This document shows positions 59,132 to 64,000 of a stretch of DNA of 64,000 bases, in pieces. The stretch is from an uncultured delta proteobacterium (GTDB lineage: Bacteria; Myxococcota_A; Polyangia; Polyangiales; B10-G4), in NCBI GenBank assembly GCA_963727445.1, contig CAVSGI010000010.1, forward strand, positions 736,001 through 800,000. Direction: 5' to 3'. Under the pieces are notes generated by a model. The model searched no databases and was not told the origin of the DNA. It saw nothing but the letters and a program-made list of their open reading frames with translations. A program made the position numbers and the translations under genes. Position 1 is the first letter of the stretch; each line of letters opens with the position of its first letter.

Positions 59132-61715
59132 CCGACCGGCTCCTCATCGTCCACGCGACGCATCTTCTGTCGCGCGGGTATCTGAGCGTCTCCGACGACC
59201 GGCAGACGCCGGAGGGAGATCCCGCCGGCGCGCTCTTCGCCGCGACCAGCGCGCTGCGGCGGGCCCTGGCCTTCAAGGAGCCGGAGATGGCGGTGGCCAT
59301 CTTCGATGCGGACGCCGACACCTCGAGCTGGTCGTCCTCGCTCGCCTCGCAGCAGGAACGCTTCCCGGATTTGCTGCGTGCTCAGGGGATCACCGTGACG
59401 ACGGCCTCCTCGGCCGCCGACGTCGTCGCGTCCTACACGAAAGCCGCCCGCGAAACCGGTCACGACGTCGTCATCGTCGGCAGCGACAAGCGCCTCGCCC
59501 AGCTCGTGGGCCACGGCGTGTGGTGGTACGACGCCTACAAGGACGTTCGCTACACGCCAGAGCTCGTGAAGAAGCGCTTCGAGGTGGGGCCGGCGAACGT
59601 GGCGGAGTGGCTCTCGATGGTGGGCGACGACGACACGCTCCCCGGCGTGAAGGGCCTCGGCAAGAAGGGGGCGACGCAGATCATCGAGGCTTTCGGGTCC
59701 CTCGACGCGGCGATGGAGAGGGCGGACGAGGTCGAAGGCCGCCCGGGCAAAGCGCTCCGCGCATCGCTCGACGACGCGAAGCGCGAGCTCGCGCGCGCCC
59801 GCCTCGATCAGAGCGTCGCCCTCCCCCTCCCACTCGACGCGCTCGCCTTCGAGCCGCCCGAGGCTTCTGCGCTCGGTGCCCTCTTCGCGGAGCTCGGCTT
59901 CTTCCAGCTGCTGGAAGCACGAGAGGGGCGCCTCGACGACGTAGATGTCACCGTCTGCGCGGACGCGGGGTCGCTCGCCGATGCGCTCTCCGCGCTCGAA
60001 GGCGCGCCGGTGTCGATCCACGCGCTCATCGACGGCCCCACGCCCTTCGCCGGGCGCCTCGCCGGGCTCGCGCTCGTGAAGAGCGAAGGCCCGGCGTTCT
60101 ATGTGCCCTTCGCGGGACGTGGCGCGGTGTTCGACGACGTGCCCGAAGCACTCGCCACGTTCCTGGCCGACCCCGCGCGCCCGAAGGTGGGGCACGACAT
60201 CAAGCGCGCAGTCGTGGCCTTCGCGCGGCGCGGCGCCGCCGTGACGGGCATCTCTGGCGACGCGGGCTTCGCGTCACACCTCCACCAGCCCAGCAACTGG
60301 GCCCCGCACGATTCTCGACATCCTGGCCAAGCAGGTCCTTCACCGCCCGCTGGTCGAGGAAGAGACGGTGCGCGGCGTCGGCCGCTCCCAGAAGCCGTGG
60401 GCCGAGCTCGAGACGGAGGTCGCGGCCGCCTACGCCGCGCACCTCGCGCGGGCGGCGGACGAGGTGTGGCGAGAGCTCGCTCCGACGACCGACGAGGCGC
60501 TGTTGGCCGAGTACCAGGCCCTTCGTGAGACTTGCGAACGCATGGAGCGGTCGGGTATCGCAGTGGACGGCGCGGACCTCGCCACCGCAGGGGACGACTT
60601 CGACCGGATCCGCGAAGAGCTCGAGAAAGAGATCTACGCGCTCGCCGACAAGACCTTCAACCTCGGCTCCACCAAGCAGCTCGGCTCGGTGCTCTACGAG
60701 GACCTCGGGCTGCCGATCGTGAAGCGCACCAAGACCGGCTGGAGCACGGCGACCGAAGCGCTCGAGCGCATCGAGAACGCGCACCCCATCGTGCCGCTGG
60801 TGATTCGCTGGCGCACCCTCCGGCGGCTGAAGGACACCTGGGTCACGGCGCTGATGGCGAGCATCGCGGACGACGGGCGCGTACACTCGATGTTTCATCC
60901 GGCGCGTTCTTTCAGCGGACGCCTGGTCAACTCGGAGCCGGACCTGGGCCGCGTGCCCGGCGCCACGCCCGAGATGGCGCGGAATCCGCCACGCCTTCGT
61001 CGCGCCGCCGGGGCGCGTCCTGCTCTCAGTGGACTACGAGCAGCTCGGTCTCTTCGTGCTGGCGCATCTGACGAAGGACCCGGCGCTGGTCGAGCCACTC
61101 GCAAACGAAGACGACCTGCACACGCTCACGGCGGCCGCCGTCCTCGACCTCGATCCGGCGAAGGTGGGCAAGAAGGAGCGCCAGATCGGCAAGGTCGTGA
61201 ACTTCGCCACCTTCGCCGGCCAGGGCGCGAGCGCGCTGGCGCTCCAGCTCGGCGTCGACGCCGCTGAGGCGAAGGAGATCATCGCCCGTTTCGATCGGCG
61301 CTATGCGGTGGTGCGGGCGTTCCAGGACGAACAGCTCGCGCTGGTGCAGAAGCGCGGCTTCATCGAGACGGTCGCCGGGAGGCGCTGGCCCATCGGAGGT
61401 CTCACTTCGAAAGACCAGCAGGCGCGCGCCTACGCGGAGCGTCTCGCCCGGCGCGCCACCCACGAAGGCTCGGTGGCGGACGTGTCCCGCCGCGGCCTCC
61501 TGCATGCAGACCAGGCGCTTCGCGCCCGCGGTCTTCGCGCCGAGCCTCTGCTGCAGGTGCACGACGAGGTGCTCTTCGAGGTGGACGGGGATCAGCTCGA
61601 GGAGGCCGCCGAAACCGCGGCAGATGCGATGCGAAAGGCCTTCGCGCTCGAAGTCCCCTTGCGGGTGGGGAAGAAGGCGGGACCGAACTGGGCGGAGCTG
61701 CGACCTCTCGGGTAG
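59128..61715 (+). CDS. Divergent DNA polymerase I paralog (~861 aa; two +1 frameshifts ~60312 and ~60983)
   Basis: Full Pol I domain order: LPGVKGLGKK, FNLGSTKQL, SGRL, DYEQLGL, KVVNF, LQVHDE; many canonical residues substituted. Confidence 0.85.
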
Positions 61716-61724
61716 AGTTCGGCC

Positions 61725-62375
61725 ATGCGCACGTTCGTCTCCCTCGCACTGGCGCTCGCCGCCCTCTCGACCGCCGCCTCAGCCCAGGCACAGAGCGGAG
61801 AAGACCGCCCTCCCTTTCGGGACGGTGTTCGCGTCGGAGGCGGCATGGTGACGGGCTTCGCCGGACAGCTCCACCTCGACTACGAAAACCTGCCCGACAC
61901 GGACGACGATCTCCTCGCCACGGTCGGCTTCGACGTCTTCGCCGAGTACGCGTTCATGCGCTACCTGGCGCTCGGTGCGCGGTCGAGCCTCGTCTGGTGG
62001 AACGCCGAGACCTTCGACAACGCGGGGAACGGACGCAGCTTCCTGTGGACGCTCGACATCCAACCGAAGGTTCGCTTCCCCTTCGCCCTCGCGGATTTCG
62101 GGGCGGAGGTGTTCCTCGCACTCCCGCTCGGCCTCACCGTCAGCGTGCCCAATCGGGACATCCTGGGCGATCCGAACGTAGCGCCCGGTTTCAATCTCGC
62201 GATCATGGGCGGGTTCGCGCTGTGGTTCACCGAGCAGATCGGCGCCTACACCCAGGTCGGCTGGCAATGGCATTGGGCCCGCCACCAGTTCACCAGCGGT
62301 CTGGCGTCCGGGGTCGACGTCAACGCGCGCATCAGCCAGCTCCGCTGGACCTTCGGCCTGACCGTCGCCCTCTGA
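61725..62375 (+). CDS. Outer-membrane beta-barrel protein
   Basis: Signal peptide (AQA), alternating amphipathic strands, C-terminal WTFGLTVAL. Confidence 0.75.
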   Translation: MRTFVSLALALAALSTAASAQAQSGEDRPPFRDGVRVGGGMVTGFAGQLHLDYENLPDTDDDLLATVGFDVFAEYAFMRYLALGARSSLVWWNAETFDNAGNGRSFLWTLDIQPKVRFPFALADFGAEVFLALPLGLTVSVPNRDILGDPNVAPGFNLAIMGGFALWFTEQIGAYTQVGWQWHWARHQFTSGLASGVDVNARISQLRWTFGLTVAL

Positions 62376-62388
62376 CCACAGCGTTGGC

Positions 62389-63324
62389 TCAATCACAGCT
62401 TCGGAGGGTCAGCACGCCGAACAGGCTCGGATCCTTCGTGGCGCCGATACCCGACGTCCACTCGATGAATCCCTGCGACTCGCCCGGGCCGTCCATCTCG
62501 TTCACGAGCCAGGAGATCCCGAAGCGATCCATGACCGCGAAGGAAGAGAGCTCGAGGTCAGCCGCCGATAGCCTCACCTCGTAGATGGTGGTGCTGCCGC
62601 TGCGCATGATGACCACCTCGTCCGTCGGCGTCGCCGCACCGCTGGGCGCCACCCAACGGTAGCGTTCCGTTGCCGAAGAGGTGCGTGCCCATCCATATTC
62701 GAAGTCGTCGGTGTCGTCGTAGGGTGAGCCGCCGTTCCTTGCGACGTCGAAAGCCGCCTGGATGCTGTCGCCGCGCCAGAGGTACTCACCCGTATCGTCG
62801 TTGAAGTGCGTGTCGTCGGTCACTTCGAAGGCGAGGTAGAGGTCGGTTTCGGTCCACAGGGCGGCCGCGCGAGCGGAGAGATCGTCGGCGGAGGTGACCG
62901 CCGGACCGGCACGGTCCCGCCATCGCGAAGGTGTGACCGATACGAAGATGGCCCAGCTCCAATCGCTCAGATCCCCGTCGAGTGCGATGGTGGGCGGCGC
63001 GGGAAGCGCGACCATCTCGTCGACCCCCGGCGGCGCGGTGGTGCAGCTCCCGGACGCATCGGCATCGGTGGTGGCGTCGGGCGGCACGAGCGAGTCCGTT
63101 CCGATGTCCGCCGGGGCCCCATCCGCCGTCGCGTCGCGTCCCCCGGAGTCCGTTGCGGCATCCATCGCGGAGGAATCGACGGCGGAGGTGTCCGCCGCGC
63201 CCGAGTCGGGCATGGGCGTCGCGGAGTCCGCCTCGAGCGCCGACGAATCGACACTGCACGCGACGACCAGCGCCAACGAGGAGAGCGGGACCGTGAACCT
63301 CCAGTCCAAGGCGCCAGTATACAT
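62389..63324 (-). CDS. Lipoprotein with CBM9-like sugar-binding domain
   Basis: LVVAC lipobox; LDGDLSDW, LYLAFEVTDD, WRGDSIQ, YEVRL. Confidence 0.82.
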   Translation of the reverse strand: MYTGALDWRFTVPLSSLALVVACSVDSSALEADSATPMPDSGAADTSAVDSSAMDAATDSGGRDATADGAPADIGTDSLVPPDATTDADASGSCTTAPPGVDEMVALPAPPTIALDGDLSDWSWAIFVSVTPSRWRDRAGPAVTSADDLSARAAALWTETDLYLAFEVTDDTHFNDDTGEYLWRGDSIQAAFDVARNGGSPYDDTDDFEYGWARTSSATERYRWVAPSGAATPTDEVVIMRSGSTTIYEVRLSAADLELSSFAVMDRFGISWLVNEMDGPGESQGFIEWTSGIGATKDPSLFGVLTLRSCD

Positions 63325-63372
63325 CGCCTTTGCCGTCGCTCGGGCTTCGCGAGGTCTGGTAAAACGTCCCCG

Positions 63373-64000
63373 ATGAAATACGTCGCTACGAAACGCAAGG
63401 ACTCGATCCCCATCTACGCCGTGGAGAAGAAGAAGCTCGCGAGCTTTCTGAGCCGCCAGTCACCGCTGATGCGCAACTGGGTGGCAGCCACCGGCTTCGA
63501 TGGCGGCACCGGCAAGCACCTCCTGGTGCCTTCGCGCAGCGGCAAGCTCGACGCGGTGCTGGTGGGCGTCGGCGGACGCGGACCGTGGGACTGGGCCGCG
63601 CTGCCGAAGGCCCTGCCGGAGGGCGACTATCATCTCGCGGGACGGCGGAGCCCCGGCGAGGGCGAGGACGCCACCCTCGGCTGGGCGCTCGGAACCTACA
63701 AGTACGCCCGCTACAAGTCCGACGAGACCAAGTACGCCACCCTCGGCTGGCCACGCGGCGTCGACCGCGACGAGGTGACGCGCCTCTTCGACGGGATCTG
63801 CCTGACGCGCGATCTGATCACCACGCCTGCCAACGACATGGGCCCGTCTCATCTCGCGGAGGCGGCGACCGAGATGGCCGAGGCGCAGGGCGCGTCGGTT
63901 CGGGTGATCGTGGGGGACGATCTCCTCGAAGAGGGCTTTCCCGCGATCCATGCGGTGGGCCGCGCCGCGGAAAACGCCCCGCGCTTGATCGACATCACCT
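63373..64000 (+). CDS. Leucyl aminopeptidase (M17 family), partial
   Basis: Manual translation: LGWALGTYKY, RDLITTPANDMGP, IHAVGRAA..PRLIDI; runs off the right edge. Confidence 0.88.
   Translation, partial: MKYVATKRKDSIPIYAVEKKKLASFLSRQSPLMRNWVAATGFDGGTGKHLLVPSRSGKLDAVLVGVGGRGPWDWAALPKALPEGDYHLAGRRSPGEGEDATLGWALGTYKYARYKSDETKYATLGWPRGVDRDEVTRLFDGICLTRDLITTPANDMGPSHLAEAATEMAEAQGASVRVIVGDDLLEEGFPAIHAVGRAAENAPRLIDIT

Noticed and set aside
59128..61715. Calling the gene the housekeeping polA
   Set aside because: Too many invariant Pol I residues are replaced in the nuclease and polymerase motifs, so the gene symbol is withheld

Overview
High-GC chromosomal window, most likely from a myxobacterium (Myxococcota, Polyangiales/Sandaracinaceae-like). 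This is inferred from the many Cys-rich, FG-GAP, MopE-repeat and GKAD-motif lipoproteins. It holds about 47 genes: surface lipoproteins, two diguanylate cyclases, hydrolases, a P450, a PPTase, hutF and an isolated rpmG. I found no tRNA, rRNA, CRISPR array, integrase or transposase. The main candidates for new biology are as follows. (1) A divergent PolA paralog with eroded nuclease sites, intact catalytic aspartates, a natural Glu-to-Gly steric-gate change (T7 RNAP-like) and loss of the motif-B Tyr. (2) An adjacent reductase/MerR/diiron/SRPBCC operon with a palindromic operator over a TTGACA -35. (3) A split, SdpAB-like vitamin K-dependent carboxylase pair. (4) A coupled pair of an active HSP90-like ATPase and a ~1890-aa pseudo-HSP90. 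(5) A regulator module with matching 12-bp-period repeats upstream of both flanking targets. (6) A tandemly duplicated REPIN/MITE-like element. Seven +1 frameshifts in four genes are probably sequencing errors; four of them can be repaired by restoring a GATC.
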